64,000 nucleotides of DNA from assembly GCA_963771175.1 (NCBI GenBank), contig CAVYSY010000031.1, positions 160,001 to 224,000 of the forward strand, written 5' to 3'. Origin of the DNA: an uncultured delta proteobacterium (GTDB taxonomy: Bacteria > Myxococcota > Myxococcia > Myxococcales > Myxococcaceae). How positions within the stretch are numbered: the stretch's first letter is position 1; the number at the start of each line of letters is the position of its first letter. Of the stretch, positions 9,901 to 19,739 are shown one piece after another. The notes under the pieces are model-generated. The model was not told the DNA's origin. It saw nothing but the letters and a program-made list of their open reading frames with translations, and ran no database searches. A program made the position numbers and the translations under genes.

Positions 9901-12601
9901 CGACCACGGGGACCAACCCGCTCGACGATGACTCCGACGATGACGGCCTGCTCGATGGCACCGAGGACAAGAACCACAACGGCTCCGTGGACTCGGGCGA
10001 GACCGACCCGCGCAAGGCCGACACCGACGGTGATGGCCTCCAGGATGGCACCGAGTCGGGCCTCAGCACGCCCGAGGGCTCGGGCACGGACCTGACCGTC
10101 TTCCAGCCCGATGCGAACCCGAGCACCCGGACGGACCCGACCAATCCCGACACCGACGGCGGCAGCGTGTCCGACGGCGCCGAGGACAAGGACCACAACG
10201 GCCGCATCGACGCGGGCGAGACCGACCCGCTCAACAAGGCGGACGACAAGCCCGTGGACAGCAAGGACACGGACGGCGACGGCGTGCCCGACGCCACCGA
10301 GGCGGAGCTCGGCCTCGACCCGAACGACTCGGACAGCGATGACGACGGCGTGCCCGACGGACTGGACGGCCTCACCGACACGGATGGGGACGGCCGCATC
10401 GACGCGCTCGACGCCGACAGCGACAACGACGGCATCAAGGACGGCACCGAGCTGGGTGTGACGCGGGCCAACGCTCCCGCGGGCACCAACCTGGACTCGC
10501 CGAACTTCGTCCCGGATGACGACCCGTCCACCACCACCAACCCGAAGAACGCCGACACCGACGGTGGACGGTCCTCAAGGATGGTGAGGAGGACAAGAAC
10601 CACGACGGCCGCTTCGCCTCGGGCGAGACCGACCCGAAGGACCCGGACACCGACCACGGTGGCCTGTCCGACGGTGACGAGGTGAAGAGCAACACCAACC
10701 CGCTCGACGACCAGGACGACTTCCTCGTCGTTGGCCGTGGTTGCAGCACCTCGGGTGGCTCTCCGCTTGGGTGGCTGGCCGCGCTGATGCTCGCCGCGCC
10801 GATGCTGCGCTCGCGGCGCTCCGCTCGCCGGGGCTCCGTGCTGGCCGGTGGGTTGATGGGTCTCCTGGGTGTGCTGGCCGCTCCGGCGGCGGACGCCCAG
10901 GCCCCGGCCTCCTCCCCGCTGTCCCAGTCCATCGACGTGCAGCGCTACAAGCCCGGCCCGGGTGCCACCGACATCCTCGGCGTGAATGGCGCCAGGGTGG
11001 GTGGGCACCTCGGCTGGCACCTGGGGGCCTCGCTCAACTACGCGAGCAACCCCCTGGGCTTCCTCGACCCGCGCCAGGACGACTTCGTCTACGGAATCGT
11101 CGCCCACCAGGTGACGTTGGACCTGATGGGCTCGCTCTCGCTGTGGAACCGGTTCGAGCTGGGCGTGGCGCTGCCCGTCACGTACCAGGCCTCCGAGAGC
11201 GGCGCCTCCGTCATGCCGGCCTTCTCGGATGGCGTGAGCGGCGCTGGCGTGGGTGACCTGCGGCTGGTGCCCAAGGCCCACCTGCTCAACGCGGGTGGGT
11301 TCGACCTGGGCCTCTCCGTCCCCGTCCTGCTGCCCACCGCGGGCGGCCAGGGCTTCCGGGGCGGCTCGGGTGTCAGCGCCCGGCCCCAGCTCGTGGGCGA
11401 GTGGGGCAACGGCAACGGCCTGCGGCTGGTGGCCAACCTCGGCGCCAACCTCCAGGGCGAGCAGCAGGTGCGCAACCTGAAGACGGGCACCGAGCTGCTG
11501 TACGCGGTGGGTGCCCAGGTGCCCCTCAGCGAGAAGCTCGCGCTGCAGGCCAACGTCGCGGGCGCGTTCGGGCTGAACGACATGGACATGGAGGGGCGCC
11601 CGCTGGAGGTGCTCGCGGCGGTGCAGTACCGCCTCTCCAAGGGACTGGCCGCCCACGTGGGCGGTGGCCCGGGCCTCACCCGCGGCTACGGCACCCCGGG
11701 CTTCCGCGTCTTCGCCGGCCTCGACTGGACCCAGCCCGGTGAGCGCGTCGCCGCGCCTCCTCCGGCCCCCGTCGACACGGACGGGGATGGCCTCGTCGTG
11801 GATGGCCTCGCCGTGGATGGCCAGGACAAGTGCCCCACCGAGGCCGAGGACAAGGACGGCTTCCAGGACGAGGACGGCTGCCCCGACCCCGACAACGACG
11901 GGGACGGCATCGCCGACGCACAGGACAGGTGCGCCCTCCAGCCCGAGACGGTGAACGGCTTCGAGGACGAGGATGGCTGCCCGGACGAGAAGCCGGCCGT
12001 GGACTCGGACAAGGACGGCCTGATGGATGACCAGGACAAGTGCCCGGCCCAGCCCGAGGACAAGGACGGCTTCCAGGACGAGGACGGCTGCCCGGATCCG
12101 GACAACGACAAGGACGGCGTGCCGGACTGGGAGGACCAGTGCCCGATGCAGCCCGAGGTCATCAACGGCGTGAAGGACGAGGACGGCTGCCCCGACGAGG
12201 GCAAGTCCAAGGTGCGCCTGGAGTCCAAGCGCATCGTCATCCTGGACAAGGTGTACTTCGCCACGGCGAAGGACGTCATCCTTCCCAAGTCCTTCGACCT
12301 GCTCAAGCAGGTGGGCTCGGTGCTGAAGGCCAACCCGCAGCTCGAGCTGCTGCGCGTGGAGGGCCACACGGACAACCAGGGCAACGACGCCAGCAACCTG
12401 AACCTGTCGCAGCGGCGCGCGAACAAAGTGCGCGCGTTCCTCATCCGTGAGGGCGTCGCTGCGGAACGGCTCGAGGCGGTGGGCTACGGGGAGACGAAGC
12501 CCGTGGATACCAACAAGACGGCGGCTGGCCGTGAGAACAACCGCCGCGTGGAGTTCAACATCCTGAAGGTCGCCGGCGAGGAGGCCGAGAAAGCCCCGTA
12601 A
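6990..12601 (+). CDS. Large surface protein: signal peptide, N-terminal adhesin-like domain, DUF11, Ig-like domain, Ca-binding repeats, internal MYXO-CTERM-like anchor, second signal peptide, beta-barrel, TSP3 repeats, OmpA domain (frameshifts near 9400-9540, 9675, 10570)
   Basis: DUF11 motif PGDTIEYTISTTNEG...VLTDRIP; Ig motif PTYTGTAQPGTTITV...DASGNWSC; DxDGDG repeats continue in the frame of ORF 10682..12601 without a stop into GCSTSGG-TM-RSRR and then to the OmpA motifs VEGHTDNQG...NLNLSQRRA...GYGETKP...NRRVEF. Confidence 0.75.
9137..9870 (+). repeat. Intragenic tandem array of ~90-bp (30 aa) units DSDGDGIPDGTEDKDHDGVVDPGETDPTKT, about 8 units, one shortened
   Basis: Near-identical units with a 90-bp period (e.g. 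gaggacaaggaccacgacggcgtcgt at 9171, 9261, 9351). Confidence 0.9.
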
Positions 12602-12629
12602 GGGAATCCCCGGCACGTCCGGAAGACAG

Positions 12630-12672
12630 ACGGCGCGAGCAGGCAAGCGACCTGCTCGCGCCGTTTCCGTTT
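12630..12672 (+). terminator. Intrinsic terminator after the adhesin/OmpA gene
   Basis: 14-bp perfect stem ACGGCGCGAGCAGG / CCTGCTCGCGCCGT, 7-nt loop, followed by TTCCGTTT. Confidence 0.7.
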
Positions 12673-12688
12673 GAGGTAGGAAGGCACC

Positions 12689-13708
12689 GTGAGCTCCCTT
12701 CTTCCTCGCCCCCTCCTGATTCCCCTGCTCATCCCGCTGCTGCTGGCGGCGGCGCCTCCCACCGCGCCTGCCCCGCCCCGCCTGGAGGATGCGCTCCCCG
12801 ACACCTTCTCCGGAGTGGAGCGCGTGGTGGCGGTGGGCGACGTGCACGGGGACGTGGACGCGCTGAAGGAGGTGCTGCGACTGGCGGGCCTCATCGACGA
12901 GAAGGGCCGGTGGAGCGGCGGCAAGGCGCACCTGGTGCAGACGGGAGACATCCCGGACCGGGGCGAGCACACCCGCGCCGCCTTCGAGTTGCTGATGCGA
13001 CTGGAGGGCGAGGCACTCGCCGCGGGCGGCCGGGTCCACGCGCTGCTGGGCAACCACGAGGTGATGAACATGCTCGGGGACGTGCGCTACGTCACTCCGG
13101 GCGAGCTGGCCTCGTTCGCGGACCAGAGCCCCGAGCCGGATACGTCGGGCTCGCCGCGAGGGCTCAACGGGCACCGTGAAGCGTACGGGCTGAAGGGGCG
13201 CTACGGCCAGTGGATGCGCCGGCACGCCGCGGTGGTGCGCATCGATGACACGCTCTTCGTGCACGGCGGAGTCGCGCCGATGGTGCCAGCGAAGACACTG
13301 GCCGAGCTCAACCGCTGGGTGCGGCAGGACCTGTTCCCCGGCAACCCTCCTGGTGGAGCCAGGGACGCGCAGGGCCCGTTGTGGTTCCGCGGCTACGCGC
13401 TGGGAGCCGAGGAGGCCGCGGGACAATCCCTCGACGTGGTGCTGCAGCGGTTCGGCGCGAAGCGGATGGTGATGGGTCACACCACCGACCGGGATGGGAA
13501 GGTCCGGACGCGGTTCGGCGGGAAGGCTGTGTTCATCGACACCGGCCTGAGCACCGGTTACGGCCGACACCTCGCCGCGCTGGAGCTTCGTGGCGGCAGG
13601 GTCACCGCTCTCTACAAGGAGGGACGCGTGGAGCTGGTGGCGCCCCCGGCGGCTCCGGTTCCGAGCGCCACGCAGAGGGTCTCCCCCGCCCCGCGCGTCA
13701 ACCCCTGA
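12689..13708 (+). CDS. Exported metallophosphoesterase (PPP/Shewanella-like phosphatase)
   Basis: GDVHG, GDIPDRG, GNHE, FVHGG, GPLWFRGY, GHT and IDTG motifs; hydrophobic N-terminal signal. Confidence 0.85.
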   Translation: MSSLLPRPLLIPLLIPLLLAAAPPTAPAPPRLEDALPDTFSGVERVVAVGDVHGDVDALKEVLRLAGLIDEKGRWSGGKAHLVQTGDIPDRGEHTRAAFELLMRLEGEALAAGGRVHALLGNHEVMNMLGDVRYVTPGELASFADQSPEPDTSGSPRGLNGHREAYGLKGRYGQWMRRHAAVVRIDDTLFVHGGVAPMVPAKTLAELNRWVRQDLFPGNPPGGARDAQGPLWFRGYALGAEEAAGQSLDVVLQRFGAKRMVMGHTTDRDGKVRTRFGGKAVFIDTGLSTGYGRHLAALELRGGRVTALYKEGRVELVAPPAAPVPSATQRVSPAPRVNP

Positions 13709-13715
13709 CGCCGCC

Positions 13716-14940
13716 TTACAGGAGCCTCGCGCTGATGGCGCTGTGCACGTCCGCGCCGGCGTCGGTGAGCACGAGCCTCCGGCCATCGAGCCTCGCCAAC
13801 CCGTGCTGGACCAGCCGCGCCACTTCCGCCCGGCGCGGCTCCGGGTCCTGGCCGTAGAGCGTACACACCGCCTCCCAGTCCACCCCGGAGCGCAGCCGCA
13901 GGCCCATGGCCAGCCGCTCCTCGAAGAGTTCCTGGGGGCTCAATTCCTCGCGGCTCGACTCCGGCAGCTTCCCTTCCTCCGCCGCCGCGCATGTACGCGT
14001 CCGAGCCACGCAGGTCCACGTAGCGGTAGCCCGAGGGCCGCTCGCCCGGCCCGGACGTGAGCAGCATTCCCGTGGCGCCCACGCCCAGCGCGAGGTACTC
14101 GCCCCCCGTCCAGTAGAGCGCGTTGTGCCGCGAGCCGTACCCGGGCTTCGCGTGGTTGGAGATTTCGTAGCGCCGCAGCCCGTGCGCGGCGTAGGCCTCG
14201 TGGATGGCCTTCGTCATCTCCACCACGTCCTCGTCCGGCGGCAGCGCCAGCTCGCCCTTGTCGAGCTGCCTCGACAGGGGCGTGGCCACCGCCAGCGACT
14301 CGCGCTCCACCGTCAGCGCGTAGGTGGACAGGTGCTCGGGCTCCATCGCCGCGGCCTGGCGCGCGTCCGCTTCCGCCTGCGCCCGCGTCTGCCCATGCAC
14401 TCCGTAGATGAAGTCCATGGACACCACGTCGAAGCCCGCCCGCCGCGCCATCTCGTACGCCGCCACCGCCTCCTGGCCCGTGTGCTCGCGCCCGAGGGCC
14501 TTCAGCGTCTCGTCCCGGAAGGACTGCACGCCCAGCGAGAGCCGGTTGACGCCCGCGCCCCGGTAGCCCGCGAAGCGCTCGGCGTCGGCGACGCTCGGGT
14601 TGGCCTCCAGGGAGATCTCCGCGCCCGGAGCCACCCGCAGCCGCGCCGCCACGCCCTCCAGCACGTGCGCCACCCAGCGCGGGTGCCAGAGGGAGGGCGT
14701 GCCACCGCCGAGGAAGATGGACTCCAGCCGCCGCTCGCGAAGCGAGGGCTCCGCCGCCAGCCGCGCATCCAACTCCGCCAGCACCGCGCGCGCGTAACGC
14801 TCCTCCGGCACCTGCCGCACCACCGCCACCGCGAAGTCGCAGTAGGGGCACTTCGACAGGCAGTACGGGAAGTGGACGTAGAGCCCGAAGCGCGCCGCCG
14901 GAGTCCCCGTGAGTGGGTCGATGGGGCCCGCGAAGTCCAT
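13716..14940 (-). CDS. hemW: Radical SAM heme chaperone HemW (HemN-like), frameshift near 13990
   Basis: LYVHFPYCLSKCPYCDF, GGGTPS, NRLSLGVQSF, YEISN and HNALYW motifs; C-terminus (EERLAMGLRLRSGVD) in the 13716..14009 frame. Confidence 0.88.
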
Positions 14941-14946
14941 CACGCG

Positions 14947-16880
14947 CTACTTCGCCCCCCGGAGTTGCGCGAGCTGTGCCTCCAGCCGCGCCAGCTTCAG
15001 CTTGTAGCTGGCCGCCGTCTCCAGCGCCGTCTCCGCCGCCATCAGCTTGCGCTTCATCGCCGCCACGTCCGCCTTGAGCTTGTCGCGCTCCCCCGCTCGG
15101 CGCCGCGGCCTCCAACTCGGCCCGGCGCGCCCGCTCCTGCTCCAACTCCGCCTCCACCTCGACCAGCCGCGCCTCCACCGCCTGGCGCGCCTCGGCATCC
15201 ACGTCCAGGCTCTTGCCCCGCGTGGCCCCCAGCGCGCCCTCCAGCATCGTCACCCGCTGCTTCAGCCGCTCCACCTGCTCCTCGGCATCCTGGGCCCGGC
15301 GCTCGGCGTCCAGCTCCTCCACCTCCAGCTCCCCCTCCGCCTCCTCCTGCTGCGTCACCTGGGCCCGCACGCGCCCCAACTCCGACTCCACGTCGGCCAG
15401 CGCGCGAGACAGATCCTGCCGGTCCGACTCCACCGTCTGAAGCTCGGACTCCAGCTCCGCCACCCGCGCGGTGACCGCCGCCGTGTTCTCCGACTCCTGC
15501 CGCGCCTGCTCCTGCACCCGCCCCAGCTCCGCCTCCACGTCGGCCAGCGAGCGCGAGAGATCCTTGCGGTCCGACTCCACCGTCTGGAGCTCGGCCCGCA
15601 GCGCCGCGACCTGCGCCTCGGCCTGCTCCGCCGCCTCGCTCAGCGCGGCCGCGTCCGTCTCCATCCGGTCGCGCAGCTGCACCACCTCGGCCTCGCTCGC
15701 CGCCAGCGACTCCCGCGCCGACGCGAGCTCCGCCTCCAGCGCCTCCAGCCGCGCGGAGAGCTCCGCCACCTCGCTCCGGGCCGCGTCGCGCTCGGCCTCC
15801 AGCTCACGGGTGCGCCCCTGCACCTCCTCCAGCGAGCTCTTCGACCACTCGGACTCCGAGAGCGTCGCCTCGAGCTGTGCCACCCGCGCCGCCAGCTCCT
15901 CCCGCTCCGCGACGACGAGCTCCTGCTCCTCCCGGGCCGCCCGCAGCTCCTCGCCGGCGCGCTCCAGCTCGCCCAGGGTCTCCTGGTACTGCTCGCGCAC
16001 GGCCTCCAGCGACCCCTGCATCTCGGCGCGCTCCGCCGCCAGCTCCCCCACCCGGTCCTGCGCCAGCGACAGGGCCTCCTTCGCCCCTACCAGCTCCTCG
16101 GCGAGCGAGCCTCGCGAGGTGCGCTCGTGCTTCAGCTCCGCGGTGAGGCTCGACAGCTCCGCCTCCACCTCGGCCAGCGAGCGCGCCAGGTCCTTGCGCT
16201 CCTCCTCCACCGTCCGCAGCTCGCCCTGCAGCTCGCGTGACCCTCGCCTCGGCCTCCGCCGTGCGCGCCGCCTCGCGCGACAGCGCCGCGGAGGTCTGCT
16301 CCAGCTTCGCCGGCAGGTCCTTCACCCCGCCGAGCTGCTCCTGCGCCTCCTGCACCTGCCCGCGCAGCGTGGCCTCGGAGACGCGCAGCGCCTGGAGCTC
16401 GGCCTCACGCTCGGCGTACAGCGCCCGCGCGCGGGCCAGCGTCTCCGTCTTCTGCTTCAGCACCGCGCGGAAGAACTCGAGCTTGTCCTCCGGCGCACCA
16501 CCCAGGGGCGGGCGCAGCTCGGGCGGCTCGCCAAAGGGGTCCGCCGCTCCCACCGGGCGGACCGGCGCCACCGCGGGCTCGGAGTCCCGGGGCAGGGTCT
16601 GCACGGACGGCATGGACATGGCGGGCCTGAAGGCGGCCTGCGCACCGCTCGTCGCCTTGCCCGGAGTCGGAGCCACCGCCGCCCGGCGCGGGGGCAGCGG
16701 TGGAGGGCTGGCCGGGGCTGGAGGACGCGCGCGCACGGGGGCACCGGGCCCCACGGGGGCCATCTCCGCTTCCAGGTTCTCGCGCAGCTCGGCGAGTGGA
16801 TCCAGCTCCTCTGACGACGACCCCATGCGAGCCCACGTTAACGCCCGGTCGCTCTCTTCTCCAGAGACGTTGGAGGCCAT
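14947..16880 (-). CDS. Long coiled-coil protein, frameshifts near 16238 and 15098
   Basis: Glu/Ala/Leu heptad-rich sequence stitched from ORFs 15804..16880, 13940..16210 and 14947..15198; three internal copies of a TVESDRKDLSRSLADVEAEL-like motif. Confidence 0.7.
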
Positions 16881-17019
16881 TCACGCGCACCGCCCTCCCG
16901 GCTGGTCTCCGGGCTCACAACAGGGTCGCGGTCAAAGCTTCCGGGCGTTAGGGACTGGTCGAAATGGTCGCCGGCTCGCCTTGCCTCCCCCTACAGCCGG
17001 TGTCAGGTTCGGACGTTCC

Positions 17020-19639
17020 ATGGCTCAGCGCTACACACTTTCCAACGGACTCACCGTCGTCTTCGAGGAGCAGCACGCCGCCCGGGTGGCCGCCTTCCAG
17101 GTGTGGGTGAAGGCCGGCAGCGCCGACGAGCGGCCGGATCAGGCCGGACTCGCGCACCTGCACGAGCACATGCTCTTCAAGGGCACGGCCCGCCGCGGCC
17201 CCGGGGAGATCGCCCGGGACGTCGAGGCCCACGGCGGGGAGATCAACGCCTGGACGTCCTTCGACCAGACGGTCTACCACATCGTCATCGCCAGCCAGTT
17301 CGCCCGGCATGGGGCTGGACATCCTCGGCGACGCGGTCCGCTCCTCGGCCTTCGACCCGGACGAGCTGGCGCGCGAGATCGAGGTGGTGTGCGAGGAGAT
17401 CAAGCGCAGCCAGGACACGCCGTCCCGGCGCGCCTCGCGCGACCTGTTCGCCACCGCCTACCAGGAGCACCCCTACCGCCTGCCCGGTCATCGGCACGGC
17501 GGAGAGCGTGCGCAGCTTCACCCGCGACAAGGTGCTCGAGTTCTACCGGCGCCACTACACGCCGAAGAACCTGGTGCTGGTCGGCCGCCGGCGACTTCAC
17601 CGAGGCCGAGCTGCGCAGCTGGGTGGAGGAGATCTTCGGCGGCGATTGGGGCCGGCCCCACGAGGGCGCGGTGGCCCGCCCGCGCGAGCCCGGCGCCACG
17701 CGCCGCCGCGGTGCTGACCTGCGCCCGGACGAGGTGAAGGAGGCCTACTTCAACCTCGCCTTCCCCATCCCCCAGGCGGACCACCCGGACGTGCCCGCGC
17801 TCGACGTGCTGGCCATGCTCGCCGGCCAGGGCGACGCCTCGCCGCCTGGTGCTGGAGGTGAAGCGCAAGCGGAGCCTCGTCAACGACATCCACGCCTACG
17901 CCTACACCCCGAAGGACCCGGGCCTCTTCGCCGCCGCGCTCACCCTGCCGCACGAGAAGCTGCCGCAGGCGCTCGAGGAGACGGTGCGCGTGCTGACGGC
18001 GCTGCGCACGAGCCTGGTGCCCGCGGACGAGCTGGCCACGGTGAAGGCCCTCGTCGAGTCCGAGGCCGTCTACCAGCGCGAGACGGTGCAGGGCCTGGCG
18101 CGCAAGCTGGGCTACTACGAGTCCGCCATGGGGGACCTGGAGGCGGAGGCCCGCTACTACGAGGCCATCGCCCGACTCACCCCCGAGCGCATCCGCGAGG
18201 TGGCCGAGCGCTACCTGCGCTTCGACGCGCGCCATCGTCACCGGGCTGCTGCCCCCGGGCACGCACCTTCGGCGCGGAGCAGGCCGAGGAGATCCTGGAC
18301 CGGGTGTCGCGCGAGACGCCCGCCGCCCCACCGAGCGCCGCGCACCCAAGGCCGCGCCCGCCGCGCCCGCGCATGCGCCGGGCCGCACCGCGCCGGCCTC
18401 CCCCGGCAAGGATCGTCGAGGAGCGGCTGCCCTCGGGCGCGCGCATCCTCGTGCGCGAGGAGCGGGCCGTGCCGCTCTTCGCCATGCGCGCGGCCTTCCC
18501 CGGTGGGCTGCGCTACGAGACGGCGGAGAACAACGGCCTCACCACGCTGCTCTGCCGCTGCCTCACCCGCGGCACGCCCTCGCACGACGCGGAGGAGATC
18601 TCCCACCTCATCGACAGCTTCGCCGGCTCGCTCTCGGGCCAGGGCGGGCGCAACTCGGTGGGCCTGCGCGGCGAGTTCCTCTCCCGCCACTTCGAGGACT
18701 GCCTTCCGCCTCTTCGCCGACTGCCTCCTCAACCCCAGCTTCCCCGAGGCCGAGGTGGCGCGCGAGCGCGCGCTGCTGCTGCAGGACATCCTCACCCGCG
18801 AGGACAAGCCCAGCGGCCTGGCCTTCGAGCTCTTCGGCCGCACGCTCTTCCGCACGCACCCCTACCGGCTGTCCACCCTGGGCGAGCAGGCCTCGGTGGA
18901 GACGCTGGGGCCGGACGCGCTGCGCGCCTACCACGCCGCGCACATGGACCCCTCGCAGCTCACCTTGAGCGTGGTGGGCGACGTGAGGGTGGACGAGGTG
19001 CTCGCGCTCGCGCACGAGGCCTTCGGCGCCTCCCGGGGCCGCGCGGCGCCTCCGCCCGAGGTGCGGCCCGAGCCGCCGCCCGAGGCGCCGCGCACGGAGC
19101 AAGCGGGTGCTGGCGCGCGCGCAGTCGCACCTGGTGCTCGGGCTTCCCGGGGCGTGCGGGTGGACGACCGATGGCGGCACGCGCTGGAGGTGCTCTCCAC
19201 GGTGCTGTCGCGGCCAGGGCGGGCGGCTCTTCGTGGAGCTGCGCGACAAGCGCTCCATGGCCTACAGCGTCAGCAGCTTCTCCATCGAGGGCGTGGATCC
19301 GGGCTACTTCGCCGTCTACATGGGCACCAGCCCCGAGAAGGTGGACGCCGCGCTGGCCGGCATCCGCGCGGAGCTGCGCGCGCGTGCGCGACGAGCCCAT
19401 CCCCGAGGCGGAGCTCGCGCGCGCCAAGCAGCACCTCATCGGCACGCATGAGATTGGCCTGCAGCGCAACGGCGCGCGCGCCGCGCTGCTCGCGCTGGAC
19501 GCCTGCTACGGCCTGGGCCTGGAGAACTTCCTCCACTACGCCGACCGCGTGGCGGCGGTGACGGCCGAGGACGTGCGCGAGGTGGCCCGCCGAGCTCATC
19601 GACTTCGAGCGCGGCGCGCTCGCCATCGTCGGCCCGTGA
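17020..19639 (+). CDS. M16 family zinc peptidase (pitrilysin-like, two-lobed), multiply frameshifted
   Basis: MAQRYTLSNGL, inverted zinc motif HLHEH, INAWTSFDQTVY; second lobe LPSGARILVRE; fragments spread across three frames. Confidence 0.85.
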
Positions 19640-19678
19640 GGGCCCCACGGGCCCGCGCTTCCTTCCCGCAAGACGAAA

Positions 19679-19710
19679 ATCCCCTCTCCCGCGGCTGAGG
19701 GAGAGGGGAT
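19679..19710. terminator. Hairpin between convergent genes (terminator or REP-like)
   Basis: ATCCCCTCTCCC-N8-GGGAGAGGGGAT, perfect 12-bp stem. Confidence 0.6.
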
Positions 19711-19739
19711 CGGGCACCGGGCCCCGCGGGAGGCCCGGC

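Noticed and set aside
8615..13786. 1723-aa antisense ORF (likewise 31597..35766, 6903..9404, 55532..57685 and others)
   Set aside because: Shadow ORFs expected from high-GC codon bias opposite real genes; no motifs of their own.
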